The notes beneath the pieces are model-generated. The model had not been told where the DNA came from and searched no databases. It saw only the letters and a list, made by a program, of their open reading frames with translations. From the IMG/VR virus record IMGVR_UViG_3300028840_005080, positions 23,413 to 87,412 of that record: a stretch of DNA of 64,000 nt. One strand, written 5' to 3'. Source of the stretch: a virus. This document shows, one piece after another, positions 1 to 10,681 of the stretch. The position numbers were made by a program, and so were the translations under genes. The number at the start of each line of letters is the position of its first letter. Position 1 is the stretch's first letter.

Positions 1-456
1 AAACTCTGGTTCAATGTTGTATTTGTTAAATAATATTGAAATTCTTTTTGTCATATTCCCATTATATTTCGGCAATTTATATTTGCCATCATTAGCTTTT
101 TTTAATTTATTATATGATGATTTTTTTAATTTTCTTTTTTTAGGTTTTTCGGAAGGATGCAATATTTGCACATGTTCTTCTCTTAAATATATTGCAACAT
201 TCTCCAAAAACATCGGTATTTCATATAATTTCACACTATATCTTTTAGCGTTGTTCTCAATTTTTCCAAGATATGCATTACAATCTGAACATAAAACCCC
301 TCTTATGAATCCACTACCTCCTAATTTTTTCCTATGCTCATGATCGAGGCTTGGTCTTATAATTTGCTTCTTACACAATGGACATATCCCGTTTTGTTTT
401 TTTAATAATTTTTCTCTGAATTGCCTTATTTCTGAAAATTTCAAATATTTATTCAT
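1..456 (-). CDS. Recombination endonuclease VII-like Holliday junction resolvase (3' end runs off window)
   Basis: Not in the ORF track. Manual translation from ATG at 456 gives MNKYLKFSEIRQFREKLLKKQNGICPLCKKQIIRPSLDHEH...IRGVLCSDCNAYLGKIEN, with the CxxC...DHxH...RGxLCxxCN motif of the T4 gp49 family. Confidence 0.85.
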   Translation of the reverse strand, partial: MNKYLKFSEIRQFREKLLKKQNGICPLCKKQIIRPSLDHEHRKKLGGSGFIRGVLCSDCNAYLGKIENNAKRYSVKLYEIPMFLENVAIYLREEHVQILHPSEKPKKRKLKKSSYNKLKKANDGKYKLPKYNGNMTKRISILFNKYNIEPEF

Positions 457-457
457 T

Positions 458-685
458 TTATTTCGATTTTTTTTCTTGCAAAAATTCAAAAGGATCAATG
501 TCAAAAATTGAACACATTCTAATAAAAGATATAATTGATTTGTGATGTCTATTATTTTTTTTAATCCTCAGCATATCAACAAAATCATCATAATCCGAGC
601 CACACATTTCTGCAAGTTCTTTATATTTGTATCTTCGTTTTTTTATTATTTTTCTAATTTTTTCAATATCAAGAAAAACTTCCAT
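458..685 (-). CDS. Small XRE-like HTH protein
   Basis: IRKIIKKRRYKYKELAEMCG...IRMCSIFDIDPFEF resembles an HTH_XRE domain. Confidence 0.5.
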   Translation of the reverse strand: MEVFLDIEKIRKIIKKRRYKYKELAEMCGSDYDDFVDMLRIKKNNRHHKSIISFIRMCSIFDIDPFEFLQEKKSK

Positions 686-1598
686 TGCAAAAATTTTCCC
701 ATCTTATTAATTCGTTTTTACTCAAATTATATCCATAATATTTAAATAATCCGTCAAAATCGCCAATATCAAAACTCGTTTCAAAATATTCAAGTTCTTT
801 TATTTTTTCTTTGCCAAAAGCATAAGGCAGTTTGATAAGCCTGTAATTCCTTTTGTGGATCGTTTTGTCTTTCAATATAGTTTTATACGCTTTGATTTTT
901 TTGTTTAACTCACCTTTCAAAAATTTCAACGCTGTTTTCTCTCCGACATTTTCAGATCCTTTTATATTATCAGAACTATCCCCCGCGATCGTTTTAATTT
1001 TTATGACATCTAACGGATAATATCCATACTTTGCAAAAAATTTTCTTTTATTATAAATCACGTTCGCACTAAGACAATATCTTTTTGTAGTGTTATTTAT
1101 AAGTTGCGACAGATCCGAATCAGATGAAATTATTATTTTATTTTCATCAGAATAAATATTACAAAATTCGGCAATAAGATCATCCGATTCGTATCCATCT
1201 TGAATAAAAAAATTGAATCCCAATTGCTGAATTATTTCTTTCAATTCTTTTATCCATTTGTAAGCCACCATCAATCTCTTTTTTTCTTCTTTGTTTTTTG
1301 GTTTTCTATTTGCTTTATATTCGGAATAAACTTCTTTTCTGTATGATTTTTTTGAATCAAAAAAGAAAACAAAACTGTTCGTTTTGAAAAATTCGGCAAA
1401 ATTCAAAATACGATTCATAAATCCATAAACAATGTCTTTCCCACTTTCCTCAATATCCATCTCTCTCGATAATGAATTAAAAGTAATCATTGCCAAATTG
1501 TTACTATCAATAAGGATGTGTTTACTCAAAACGCCTCTTTCTAACCTTTGTTTCTGTTTTGATGCTTTCAACAAATTCAAGCCATCTTTTCCCGACAA
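669..1598 (-). CDS. 5'-3' exonuclease / T4 RNase H-like flap nuclease
   Basis: Motifs ILIDSNN, YKANR, ESDDLIA, SSDSDL and GDSSDNIKG...VGEKTA (H3TH). True start is probably the TTG near 1530. Confidence 0.9.
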   Translation of the reverse strand: MSGKDGLNLLKASKQKQRLERGVLSKHILIDSNNLAMITFNSLSREMDIEESGKDIVYGFMNRILNFAEFFKTNSFVFFFDSKKSYRKEVYSEYKANRKPKNKEEKKRLMVAYKWIKELKEIIQQLGFNFFIQDGYESDDLIAEFCNIYSDENKIIISSDSDLSQLINNTTKRYCLSANVIYNKRKFFAKYGYYPLDVIKIKTIAGDSSDNIKGSENVGEKTALKFLKGELNKKIKAYKTILKDKTIHKRNYRLIKLPYAFGKEKIKELEYFETSFDIGDFDGLFKYYGYNLSKNELIRWENFCNGSFS

Positions 1599-2694
1599 TT
1601 TTTTTTAATTCTGTTTCCAAATTATTTTTTTCAATAAACTCAATAATTGTTCCGCTTTCTCTGTCATCGCTTTTTTTTCTTGATTCAATAGGAAACGCTT
1701 CATTGTCGAAATCTGTAAGAACATAATGTTTCGGATTCTTATATCCTTGTTTATCGTATTCCGGCCAGAATTTTCTTTCGATAAGCCAATTAATATTCGC
1801 ACGAACATCATCTATTCCATAATCCGCATAAAATGGGATCTTGCTTGTTTTCCAACCAAATCCGGTACTTTTTGTTCGATGGATATTTATAGTCATGTAT
1901 CCGCCGATTTGACACAATTTTTTATTATCTTCTTTATAATTTATGTCTCCGGCATTATGAACCCAAAATCTTTGTTGAGACATAAAATCTATTGCGCCTA
2001 TCTGGCTTTTTTTATATGGCCGAAACACGCTATCTTTCCCAAAATTTTTCATTTCGTGAAAAATAAGAATTAACAAAGAATTAGTTTCTTTCAACCCACT
2101 CGCTATCGTAGTCAAAAATTGCGTTGTGTATTTTGCCTTTTCCGTTTTATAACTTTGCTCGCCTTCCTTTCTTTCCAAATCTTCCTTTACCTTAAATGCG
2201 TCAAACGAATCCAAAACGGCTACAAATGGTTGCTTATCTTCGGACATCTTTTTAATTTCTTCAGCGACCAATTCAAGTCTCGGAGGATAAGGAACTGGCT
2301 CAACATCCCCTATTTTATCATATGTTTTTTGACCGAACATTTTTTTTACATCAAAGCCAAAGCCGTTTTCGGATTCATAATATTTTAATTTGTAGTTATC
2401 GAATTCCGGATTATTCGCGCAACAAGCCATGCAAGTCCCGGCCAACAAAGATTTTCCAGTGTTGCTTCCGCCAGCAAAATTTATTATCGTGCCTTTCTTA
2501 TATCCGCCTTGCCAATGATCAGATAAAGCGAGATTTAAAATCGTAACTCCTGTATCTATAAAATCGCTTGGTTCTTGTTTTTTGCCTTTTGTTTCTGATT
2601 TAACATATTTTTCTATTTGTTCGGTTATTTTTTTTTGTCTGCCCATTATGTTTTTTGCTTTCGTTTCAAAAAAAATTATTTTCCCGCCCACCAT
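1522..2694 (-). CDS. RecA/UvsX-like recombinase
   Basis: IDTGVTILNLALS...GGY, Walker A GGSNTGKS, Walker B VAVLDS, and YGID near the C-terminus. Confidence 0.85.
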   Translation of the reverse strand: MVGGKIIFFETKAKNIMGRQKKITEQIEKYVKSETKGKKQEPSDFIDTGVTILNLALSDHWQGGYKKGTIINFAGGSNTGKSLLAGTCMACCANNPEFDNYKLKYYESENGFGFDVKKMFGQKTYDKIGDVEPVPYPPRLELVAEEIKKMSEDKQPFVAVLDSFDAFKVKEDLERKEGEQSYKTEKAKYTTQFLTTIASGLKETNSLLILIFHEMKNFGKDSVFRPYKKSQIGAIDFMSQQRFWVHNAGDINYKEDNKKLCQIGGYMTINIHRTKSTGFGWKTSKIPFYADYGIDDVRANINWLIERKFWPEYDKQGYKNPKHYVLTDFDNEAFPIESRKKSDDRESGTIIEFIEKNNLETELKKIVGKRWLEFVESIKTETKVRKRRFE

Positions 2695-2709
2695 CCCGTA
2701 AAAAAATAA

Positions 2710-3858
2710 TCAAGCATCAACTATGTCGTCTATCGCATCCCAAAGTTGATCTTTACCCATCCCCTCTGGTTTTTTGATGCTTGAAAGAACAGAGTATTTT
2801 TCAACAACTTTTAGCAATTCTTCTTTCGACATTTCATCAAGATCAAGTTTTTTAAGTTCTACAATCTGGCTTTCATTATCATCAGAATCATCACTATTTT
2901 CTTTATCTTCATCCCAAGGCATTTCTTTATCTGATTTTACTTCAATTGTTTCATGCTCTTCCTGATTATAATCTTCATCCGCACTTTCCGGATCATCATT
3001 TTGAAATTCAACATTATCACCTTCGTAAAATTCGATAAACTTTTGTTCTGTGGCTGCCCAATCAACTTTATCATTATTCCAAACAAAATTAGCCGTAACC
3101 AAATCCTCAATTATATAAGCCTTGGCCATATATTCCTCAACCGAATAATCCCGTTTTTTTAAAGCAACATTTGACATCTTTCCCCATGCTTCTTCATAAT
3201 CAAGCTGGGTAAAAGAAATTATTCTCCCTTGCTCTTCCCAATCCCAATAAAGAATCAATCCGGTTTCATCATCATATCTGTCAGTATCAGGATCTTCTGC
3301 GACATCGTCAATTTGTTCCGCCCATCCCTTGTATTGCTCTTTTACGCTATAAGCAACCCTCCACAATTGCGATCCTTTTTCTTTTTCTTCATCATCCGAA
3401 ATAACAAGCACATTCCAAGCAATTCTGTGTTTTGGCCGAATAGGTTTAATTCTTTCTTGGTTTTTTTCATAATCAAGATATAATCCGTTTTTATCATTAT
3501 AAAGTTCATCGCAGGCTTTACAATATTTCCCATAAGTTTGTTTCAGACACAGCATGCTGTCTTTTCCGGATGTGCCAACATTTCTATGAATCACATGTCT
3601 AAAACAAAACGTCGGATCTCCTGACGATGTTCCGAAAAGATTTTTATTAATAACGCTTGGATATCTTCCAGTAAAATAAGGAACAATAACGCATTGATGT
3701 TTTTGTTTTTGAGCTTTTGGTTTCCATTCATTGAACTTCCCGCCGAAAACCATATCTACATAATCATATATGCTTTCACCGTTTTTCTGCGCCTGTCTTT
3801 TTACGCTATACTGATTTTTTATTTTGTTTTTAAATTTTCGCATTTCGCTTCTTTTCAT
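2710..3858 (-). CDS. Single-stranded DNA-binding protein (gp32-like)
   Basis: H..C..CxxC zinc-site pattern (HRNVG...CLKQTYGKYCKACD), a long acidic C-terminal region, and position between the UvsY-like and RecA-like genes. Confidence 0.7.
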   Translation of the reverse strand: MKRSEMRKFKNKIKNQYSVKRQAQKNGESIYDYVDMVFGGKFNEWKPKAQKQKHQCVIVPYFTGRYPSVINKNLFGTSSGDPTFCFRHVIHRNVGTSGKDSMLCLKQTYGKYCKACDELYNDKNGLYLDYEKNQERIKPIRPKHRIAWNVLVISDDEEKEKGSQLWRVAYSVKEQYKGWAEQIDDVAEDPDTDRYDDETGLILYWDWEEQGRIISFTQLDYEEAWGKMSNVALKKRDYSVEEYMAKAYIIEDLVTANFVWNNDKVDWAATEQKFIEFYEGDNVEFQNDDPESADEDYNQEEHETIEVKSDKEMPWDEDKENSDDSDDNESQIVELKKLDLDEMSKEELLKVVEKYSVLSSIKKPEGMGKDQLWDAIDDIVDA

Positions 3859-4352
3859 TTAATTAATCCTTTCTGTTTTTGTTTCATTAATGGAAAAACT
3901 CGTTTTAACTCATAAATATTAAATGTATCTCTCCTGTGCCAAATAACCGTATCATAAGCATGTTTCAGTATTTTTTCGTCTTTTCTAGCTTTTGCATATC
4001 GATCATTTGCTTTTTTATATTCTTCTCCGTATTCTTTTAGTGTTTTGCAATATTCTGGATTTACCAAAATAACACTTTCTATTACATCTTTTGTAGGCTT
4101 ACATTCAATTCCGTATTTTCTGGGATATTTTGTTATATCAATCCATAATTTAGCTCTAATTTTTTTTATAGAATCATCTTTTTTTGATATATATAAATCA
4201 CCCTCTGCCTTTTGTAATTCTTCAACTGCCAATGCATATTCGCGATTATAATAATCACAAATATTTACATGTCTGTCCCATTCGCCGGCCAAATCGAATT
4301 TATCAAGATTTGCATCCTTTTCATAATCTCTTTCCATTATTCTTCCTCGCAT
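3855..4352 (-). CDS. Putative UvsY-like recombination mediator
   Basis: Helical protein (LDKFDLAGEW...KPTKDVIESVI) in UvsY-type context next to SSB and RecA. Confidence 0.45.
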   Translation of the reverse strand: MRGRIMERDYEKDANLDKFDLAGEWDRHVNICDYYNREYALAVEELQKAEGDLYISKKDDSIKKIRAKLWIDITKYPRKYGIECKPTKDVIESVILVNPEYCKTLKEYGEEYKKANDRYAKARKDEKILKHAYDTVIWHRRDTFNIYELKRVFPLMKQKQKGLIK

Positions 4353-5260
4353 GCATCATAACAAGCGTTTCTAAGTCCTATATATCCACTGTCGTAAAAA
4401 TTTTCCTCAAACCATTTAGCGATCTTCAAAAATTTTTCATCCGTGCTCTTTCTACAACATGAATTAAAATATTTCAAAATCCCGTGTCTTATTCCTTCTG
4501 CTTCATATCTGAATTCAAGATTATTGAGGATTTTATTAGTTTTCTCAAAATCTCCGTTCATCAAATTTCTGCAAAGCTCTTTTATTTCCGGATTTTTAGA
4601 AGATGGTATGCCGCTCTCGACCAATTTTATTTGTGTTTTTTTATCCTCAATATCTATTATTTTATCAAGAGCGACAACCATTTCACGTGGCGCACCTTCA
4701 TTAACATCCGCAATTATTTTTAGTATTTCTATATCAACCTTTTTATTTTCTTTTTTGCAAATCGATTTTAATAGTTTGATCGATTCTTTTTCAGTGAACT
4801 TTCTAACATTATACCCGGCACATCTTTTGATCAATGTCTTTTTGATTTTCTGTGGATCAGTCGTGCAAAGAAAAAACCAAGCATGGCTTTTTGGCTCTTC
4901 GATCGTTTTCAAAAGTGTTTCTTGAAATCCGCTTGATGATTCCTGTGGCTCATCAATTATGTAAGCTGCATCTCTTCCGTCAAAAGCCTTATATTCTGAC
5001 TCAAAATTTATCCTCCTGCCGTCATCTTTTTTCCCTTTATCCGCTGCGTTTACTTCGTTTATTTCAGCATTTATAAAATTCGCGCATATCCTTGCAAGCG
5101 TAGTTTTTCCACAACCCGAAGGTCCGTAAAACAAAAATGATCTTTTTTTTCTGCTTTCGATTGCTTTTTTCAATCCAATTTTAAGTGCATTATTTCCATA
5201 AAATTCATCAAAATTTTTTGGTCTGGATTTTAATTCAAGCGACAACAATTCTTTATTCAC
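4337..5260 (-). CDS. AAA+ clamp loader subunit (DnaX/RFC-like)
   Basis: RPKNFDEFYGN, Walker A GPSGCGKTT, EVNAAD, IIDE, LLKTIEEP, KRC (SRC motif) and GAPR sensor 2. Confidence 0.92.
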   Translation of the reverse strand: MNKELLSLELKSRPKNFDEFYGNNALKIGLKKAIESRKKRSFLFYGPSGCGKTTLARICANFINAEINEVNAADKGKKDDGRRINFESEYKAFDGRDAAYIIDEPQESSSGFQETLLKTIEEPKSHAWFFLCTTDPQKIKKTLIKRCAGYNVRKFTEKESIKLLKSICKKENKKVDIEILKIIADVNEGAPREMVVALDKIIDIEDKKTQIKLVESGIPSSKNPEIKELCRNLMNGDFEKTNKILNNLEFRYEAEGIRHGILKYFNSCCRKSTDEKFLKIAKWFEENFYDSGYIGLRNACYDACEEE

Positions 5261-5278
5261 TGCTTTTCTCTCCCTTAT

Positions 5279-5818
5279 TTAAATTTTTTTCACATCTCTA
5301 TATTCGCAAAAAATGTTTTTATATTCGTCTGTCTTTTTCAGATATTCCAAACACTCCTTGTCTTCAATTTCAAATCTGTGGAGTTTGCAGACAATTTGAA
5401 AAAACAATCGTCTGTCTATTTTTGCTGCAAAACTCCCGCACCATAACGGAAGGCATGAAAAATCCAAATCAGCCCCACGCAAATCAGCCCCACGCAAATC
5501 AGCCCCGGACAAATCAGCCCCGGACAAATCAGCCCGACTCAAATCAGCCCCGGACAAATCAGCCTCTGACAAATCAGCCCGACTCAAATCAGCCCGACTC
5601 AAATCAGCCTCTGACAAATCAGCCCCGGACAAATCAGCCCGACTCAAATCAGCCTCTGACAAATTAGCCCCGGACAACTTTGGGATTATATTCCAATTTT
5701 CAAATCTCCATTTATTCCACTTATCAACCCCGCTTTTCAAAATTTTCAAATATTCTGAATTTGCCATTTTCAATCTCCTTTTTTTGATTTTACTTCCATT
5801 CTTTGAATTTTGCAACAA
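5279..5818 (-). CDS. Pentapeptide repeat protein
   Basis: About 14 A(D/N)LSx repeats. Probable start is [13 protein letters not shown] at 5767. Confidence 0.92.
   Translation of the reverse strand: MLQNSKNGSKIKKRRLKMANSEYLKILKSGVDKWNKWRFENWNIIPKLSGANLSEADLSRADLSGADLSEADLSRADLSRADLSEADLSGADLSRADLSGADLSGADLRGADLRGADLDFSCLPLWCGSFAAKIDRRLFFQIVCKLHRFEIEDKECLEYLKKTDEYKNIFCEYRDVKKI
5465..5677. repeat. 15-bp coding tandem repeat (AAATCAGCCCCGGAC-like)
   Basis: Directly visible period-15 array encoding the pentapeptide repeats. Confidence 0.95.
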
Positions 5819-8800
5819 ATTTTTTTATCCCTTTGTTGAAAAAACCTTTATTTGCTCTGTCATATAAAACACTTGCCGGATGAATACAAAAAACAACCCA
5901 TGCGGCAATTTTATCAATCCACAAGCATTCACCTGATTTTCTTTTAATGCCGTAGTTTTCGTTTAGAAAATATTTCAAAGTAGTGGCGCCACATGCCAAA
6001 ACAAGTCGACACTTAGAATCTCTAATTTCTTTTTGCAAATACTCTCCGCATTTCAAAATATGATGATCTTCCGGTTTTCTTATTCTTCCGTTGATCTTTC
6101 CGGGATAACACTTGCATATATTTGAAATGTGAAAATGCTTTTTTGAACACCCATATTTTTTTAATTCATCCCATAAAACCCTTCCGGCTCTTCCAACAAA
6201 CCCAACGCCTTCTTTATCTTCATCCGGACCCGGCGCTTCTCCGACAACGAAAACATTGTATTTCCCTATTGATGGTTGAACAATTTGATTTGCAATTTTG
6301 CTCAATTCGCATCTCTTACAACTTGCAAAATCATGACCTTTAAATTTTGTTTTTGTTATCAATTCGCATTCGCATTCCGGCGTCAAAATCCCTTTTCTTA
6401 TATCATCATAATCCTTTTGAAACCAATTATCACCAATTATCGAATTCAAATTTTTATATTTATCATTTGAAACCTTAAAGCCGAAATATTTTTCATTTTT
6501 TTCATTCCATCCCTCGTCTATCCGCCTTGCTCCGACTTCATACAAAATTTTATCTTCGGCGGTATTTGTATCTTCCGCAACATAAAATCCGCTTGGAATC
6601 TCATATTTCATTTTCGAAAACTTTTTGGCAAGAACCGGACCTGCTTTGTCGATTTCGATAAAAGGAGTGTATATTTTATCTCCTTTTGTAACCCATTTTT
6701 TCGCATCGGATATGCCTATTTTTGGTGGCATAATTTTTAACCCAAGATCGCCAACCATATTTATAAAATCTTGTTTGTCTTTGTCGTTTTCCGAATACAT
6801 CAACGATGCGGATGCAAATTCGGCAGGATAATAATATTTTAACCACATCATTTGATATGAAATATAGGAATATGCCAAAGAATGCGAAAGATTGAATGCA
6901 TATCCTCCAAACTCTTTGATTTCATTCCATAGATTAGTTGCTTTCTTACTTCCGATGCGTTTCCCAGCACCTTCTATGAATTTTTGCTCATATTTGTATA
7001 ATTCACTGCCAGCGGATTTTGATATTAATTTTATAATTTTGTACGATTCTGATAAAGATATCCCGGCAAGCTCATGACATAACATCATTACCTGTTCTTG
7101 ATATATTATTGTTCCAAACGTCTCTTTTATTATATTATCTACTATTTTATTTCCTGTTTTGAAAATCTTTCTTTTATTCTTTCCTTGTTCGTATCTGTCA
7201 ACAACGCCTCCTCTTAACGGACCTGGACGGCACATTGCGTTTACCGCATAAATATGTTCAAATTTTGTTGGTTTAATTTTTTTAAGAATTCCGGTTTGAA
7301 GATCCGAATTAGCTTGCATTATCCCAGATGTATTGCCATTTGCGAATTCCGAAATTACTTTCTTGTCATTTGGTTCTATGGAATCTATATCTATTTCGAT
7401 ATTTTTATTTTCTTTTATTAATCCCAAAGTTTCGTCAATAACGGATAATGTTGAAAGTCCAAGAAAATCGAACTTTATCAATCCCATTCGCTCACAATAT
7501 TTTTTATCCCAACATACACTAATTTCACCTTTTGTTTTTATAAGAGCGCACCTGTCACTTGTTTTTATATCTTCGTTCGCAAAAACAAATCCCGCAGCAT
7601 GTTGTCCATAATTTCTTATTGTTCCTTCAAGTTTTTTGCAATATTTGACTATTTCAGGATATTTTTCATTAAATTCGCGACCTTCGTATGTTTCATCAAT
7701 CGTCTTTTGAATTGCGTTTTCTGTTTTGTCATCAATAGCTTTTGTAAATTTGTCTACTTCTTTAAGCGGAATGTTAAAAACTCTTGAAACATCTCTGACA
7801 ACACCTCTCGCCTTCATTCTTGAAAAAGTTGGAATAGAAACAGCATCCCCGAATTTTAGTCTTGCATATTTTATAACCTTCGATCTTTTTTCAGGAGCAA
7901 AATCAACATCAATATCGGGCCACGCATCTCTTTTTTCATCGAGGAACCTTTCAAACATCATCTCGTATTTTACAGGATCGAGTTCTTTGGCAGTGATTCC
8001 TATCAAATTCGCAACCAAACTTCCCGAAACGCTACCTCTTCCAGGCCCTACAGGAATACCGTTTTTTTTACAATAATTTACAACATCTTCGACGATTAAA
8101 AAATAATTACTAAACCCCTTTTTTGATATTACACCAAGTTCCCTTTCAATTCTTTCTTTGTATATTTTTTTATTAGGGAGTTTTTTGTATACCAACTCTC
8201 TCAGTTTTTCATCCGGATTTTCGCATACATCCGGCAATGAAATTTCTCTTTGTTCGAATCTGAAATTGCATTTTTCAATAATTTCCTGTGTATTGTTTAT
8301 TGCTCTTTTTGCTTGTTTTTTTGATAATATTTCTTGTTTTTTAAAATCTTGTAAAACTTCAAGCGCTGTTTTCAAATGAGAACTATCGAATTTCCATCTG
8401 TTCGGATCATTCCAAGTTTTACCAGATTGAATTGCCAGCATAATTTCCTGGATTATCTTTTCATCTTCGTTAATATAGTGACAATCGCATGAGGCAACTA
8501 ATTTTGTATTGCATAATTCAAGACATTTTAAATTAACATATTTCTGAATATCCAAATCATGCGCCTGAACTTCATAATAAAAATCATCTTTTAATCTGTT
8601 ACTTAATTCAACATGAAAATTTTTTACATTATCATTCCAATTATAGTCGGAAAGATAACTACTCGCACATCCGGATAAAATTACAAGCCCTTCGCAATGA
8701 TTCAAAACGGTTTCAAAATCTGCTCTTGGACGTTTGTAATATCCCTCCAAATTTGATTTTGAAATGATATTACATAAATTTGCCCAACCTTTTTTATTTT

Positions 8801-9110
8801 TTACAAGACAAGTCAGATGATATCGTTTTTCCTTGCCTATTTTTTTATACATATTTTCGACAAGATATAACTCGCATCCGTGAATAGCTTTTATATCTTG
8901 CTTATCGCACTCATCCTGAAACTCGATAAGACCGGAAACACCTCCATGATTTGTCAATGCAAGCGCTCCAAATCCAAGTTCTTTTACTCTTTTTGCATAG
9001 TTTTTTGCAGATCCGAAACCATCTAAAAGACTATGTTCGTTATGTACATGCAGATGGGTGAAATTCATATTTATTTTTTCCATATCATTCTTACATCTCG
9101 ATAGTATCAA
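5790..9110 (-). CDS. dnaE: DNA polymerase III alpha (DnaE) with C-terminal family-4 uracil-DNA glycosylase domain
   Basis: PHP domain [13 protein letters not shown]; GPGRGS; PDIDVDF; HAAG; KFDFLGL; YAFNLSHS. C-terminal CKRC..GEAPG.ED..G..FVGRAG..NICKCYP..HPA is a UDG family-4 signature. Start is probably ~9083 or 9068. Confidence 0.95.
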   Translation of the reverse strand: MILSRCKNDMEKINMNFTHLHVHNEHSLLDGFGSAKNYAKRVKELGFGALALTNHGGVSGLIEFQDECDKQDIKAIHGCELYLVENMYKKIGKEKRYHLTCLVKNKKGWANLCNIISKSNLEGYYKRPRADFETVLNHCEGLVILSGCASSYLSDYNWNDNVKNFHVELSNRLKDDFYYEVQAHDLDIQKYVNLKCLELCNTKLVASCDCHYINEDEKIIQEIMLAIQSGKTWNDPNRWKFDSSHLKTALEVLQDFKKQEILSKKQAKRAINNTQEIIEKCNFRFEQREISLPDVCENPDEKLRELVYKKLPNKKIYKERIERELGVISKKGFSNYFLIVEDVVNYCKKNGIPVGPGRGSVSGSLVANLIGITAKELDPVKYEMMFERFLDEKRDAWPDIDVDFAPEKRSKVIKYARLKFGDAVSIPTFSRMKARGVVRDVSRVFNIPLKEVDKFTKAIDDKTENAIQKTIDETYEGREFNEKYPEIVKYCKKLEGTIRNYGQHAAGFVFANEDIKTSDRCALIKTKGEISVCWDKKYCERMGLIKFDFLGLSTLSVIDETLGLIKENKNIEIDIDSIEPNDKKVISEFANGNTSGIMQANSDLQTGILKKIKPTKFEHIYAVNAMCRPGPLRGGVVDRYEQGKNKRKIFKTGNKIVDNIIKETFGTIIYQEQVMMLCHELAGISLSESYKIIKLISKSAGSELYKYEQKFIEGAGKRIGSKKATNLWNEIKEFGGYAFNLSHSLAYSYISYQMMWLKYYYPAEFASASLMYSENDKDKQDFINMVGDLGLKIMPPKIGISDAKKWVTKGDKIYTPFIEIDKAGPVLAKKFSKMKYEIPSGFYVAEDTNTAEDKILYEVGARRIDEGWNEKNEKYFGFKVSNDKYKNLNSIIGDNWFQKDYDDIRKGILTPECECELITKTKFKGHDFASCKRCELSKIANQIVQPSIGKYNVFVVGEAPGPDEDKEGVGFVGRAGRVLWDELKKYGCSKKHFHISNICKCYPGKINGRIRKPEDHHILKCGEYLQKEIRDSKCRLVLACGATTLKYFLNENYGIKRKSGECLWIDKIAAWVVFCIHPASVLYDRANKGFFNKGIKKFVAKFKEWK

Positions 9111-9435
9111 GTACGGATTGCATTGTTTTTATCAATTTTCTGAATTCCGCAACACTTAGATTTTGTGACAATCACAAATCATGCTTTGAACGTTGTTTGA
9201 ACACAATCGTCGGTATCTTTTTCATAGTTATAATCTCCATTTCTTACTGTTATACGCCGATGTCCGAGCTATTCAGACCTAAAATCCGGCAAGCCAACCG
9301 AATTAACGCCATTCCTGACTTGGTTTTTACATCGGCTTACGAGGCTTTCACACGAAAATCAAATTATTTTTTGACATAGACATATTATTATTTGTTTATT
9401 TTTCTCCTTTCGATAAAAAATTATAATTAGGCTTA

Positions 9436-10428
9436 CTAAACAGATTTTATCTTTACTATTCTTTTGAATTTTTCTCCGATGAACATAATCCCATGATCGT
9501 TGATTTTTGCCTTTTTTGTCAATTTTAAAGAATCATAGAACAAATCAGAATCAACAAAAAATTCGATATTTTCGTTAAATCCGTCGAATTCGATATTCTT
9601 TTTGATTCTGCCTTTTGCGCCTTTGTTGCCGATAATAACCGCTTCATTCTCGAATATTTTTATATTTATTGCGTTATCATCATCTTTAAAAATAACACAT
9701 TCGTCAATAACTTTATCAAAATCTTTCGGAAATTCAATATCATTGCCTTCAAAATCTTCAAAAAATCTTCTCCATCCGTCAAAATTAGAAATATCATGAC
9801 TTTTGAATTTTATTTGATAATCTTCTCCGTTCATTACAACAACATTTTCAGGAAGCACACAATATTCAATCGGATAGTTTTTAATAATGAATTCTGATAC
9901 AATCGGGTGAATACAAAAAGAAGATTTTATATCTACATCGCAACATGTGGCTGCTATCCTCGCTCCTCCTGTCGCAGCATCAATATCGAACACAACACTA
10001 CTTGAAATATGATCTTTGTCTTTATTCGCCGTTTTTTGACAAATTTCCAATGCTTCGAAAAAATCTTCATTTAGTTGTTCAAATTCACCAATTTCAAAAG
10101 AAAATCGCTTAACCTCGTTTTCTATGTCTGTTATTCCGAAATCAAGATTTATTGATTTCGATACAAAAGAAACAGACGACTCATCTATTTTTAAATCAAA
10201 TTCTGTTTCTTTTGTTTTCTTTAGAAATTTTACTAATTCGTTAGCGGGAATGGAAAACGTTTTTTCGTCTGTTTCAAATTTCGAAGATACCAAAATCAAA
10301 CCGTTGGTAACCCAAATTCTGTTGTTGTAAAAAAACAACAAATCGCAATTTTCTAATCTTGGATTGTCTTTTGCATAAGGGGCCAGAATTTGAACTTTTT
10401 TTAATAATTCATCCTTTTGTATTTTCAT
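9436..10428 (-). CDS. DNA polymerase III beta sliding clamp-like
   Basis: 330-aa acidic protein with DnaN-like N-terminus (MKIQKDELLKKVQIL...VTNG...FSIPANELVKFLK), adjacent to dnaE and the clamp loader. Confidence 0.75.
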   Translation of the reverse strand: MKIQKDELLKKVQILAPYAKDNPRLENCDLLFFYNNRIWVTNGLILVSSKFETDEKTFSIPANELVKFLKKTKETEFDLKIDESSVSFVSKSINLDFGITDIENEVKRFSFEIGEFEQLNEDFFEALEICQKTANKDKDHISSSVVFDIDAATGGARIAATCCDVDIKSSFCIHPIVSEFIIKNYPIEYCVLPENVVVMNGEDYQIKFKSHDISNFDGWRRFFEDFEGNDIEFPKDFDKVIDECVIFKDDDNAINIKIFENEAVIIGNKGAKGRIKKNIEFDGFNENIEFFVDSDLFYDSLKLTKKAKINDHGIMFIGEKFKRIVKIKSV

Positions 10429-10652
10429 ATCATCCCTTTAAATTTTGAAATTTCAAGAACTTCTACCCTAATTTTATCTTCTTTCGCTTTTATCCTCATT
10501 TTCAATTCTCCTTTTTTTTAATATTTTTAAAAATGTGTCGTCTTGCGGATATTGCCAGAAAATGTTTTTGGTGAGCGATTGCTATCCGATATCCGCTTTG
10601 TTGGCTAGGACAGACGACGTTGTCCCCTTAAAGGAGCGCAATCATAATCATA

Positions 10653-10681
10653 TATTATATATATGTTTTTGAGATTGTCAA
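10653..10681 (-). promoter_or_regulatory. Sigma70-like promoter upstream of clamp/dnaE
   Basis: Minus-strand TTGACA-N16-TAATAT. Confidence 0.6.

Noticed and set aside
4679-4694. TTTCACGTGG as a fifth parS
   Set aside because: Only a partial match, lacking the outer palindrome.
9091-9225. Small ORF MKKIPTIVFKQRSKHDL*LSQN... as a second UGA read-through gene
   Set aside because: No known Cys-homologue context; the TGA is part of a palindrome rather than upstream of a SECIS-like hairpin.
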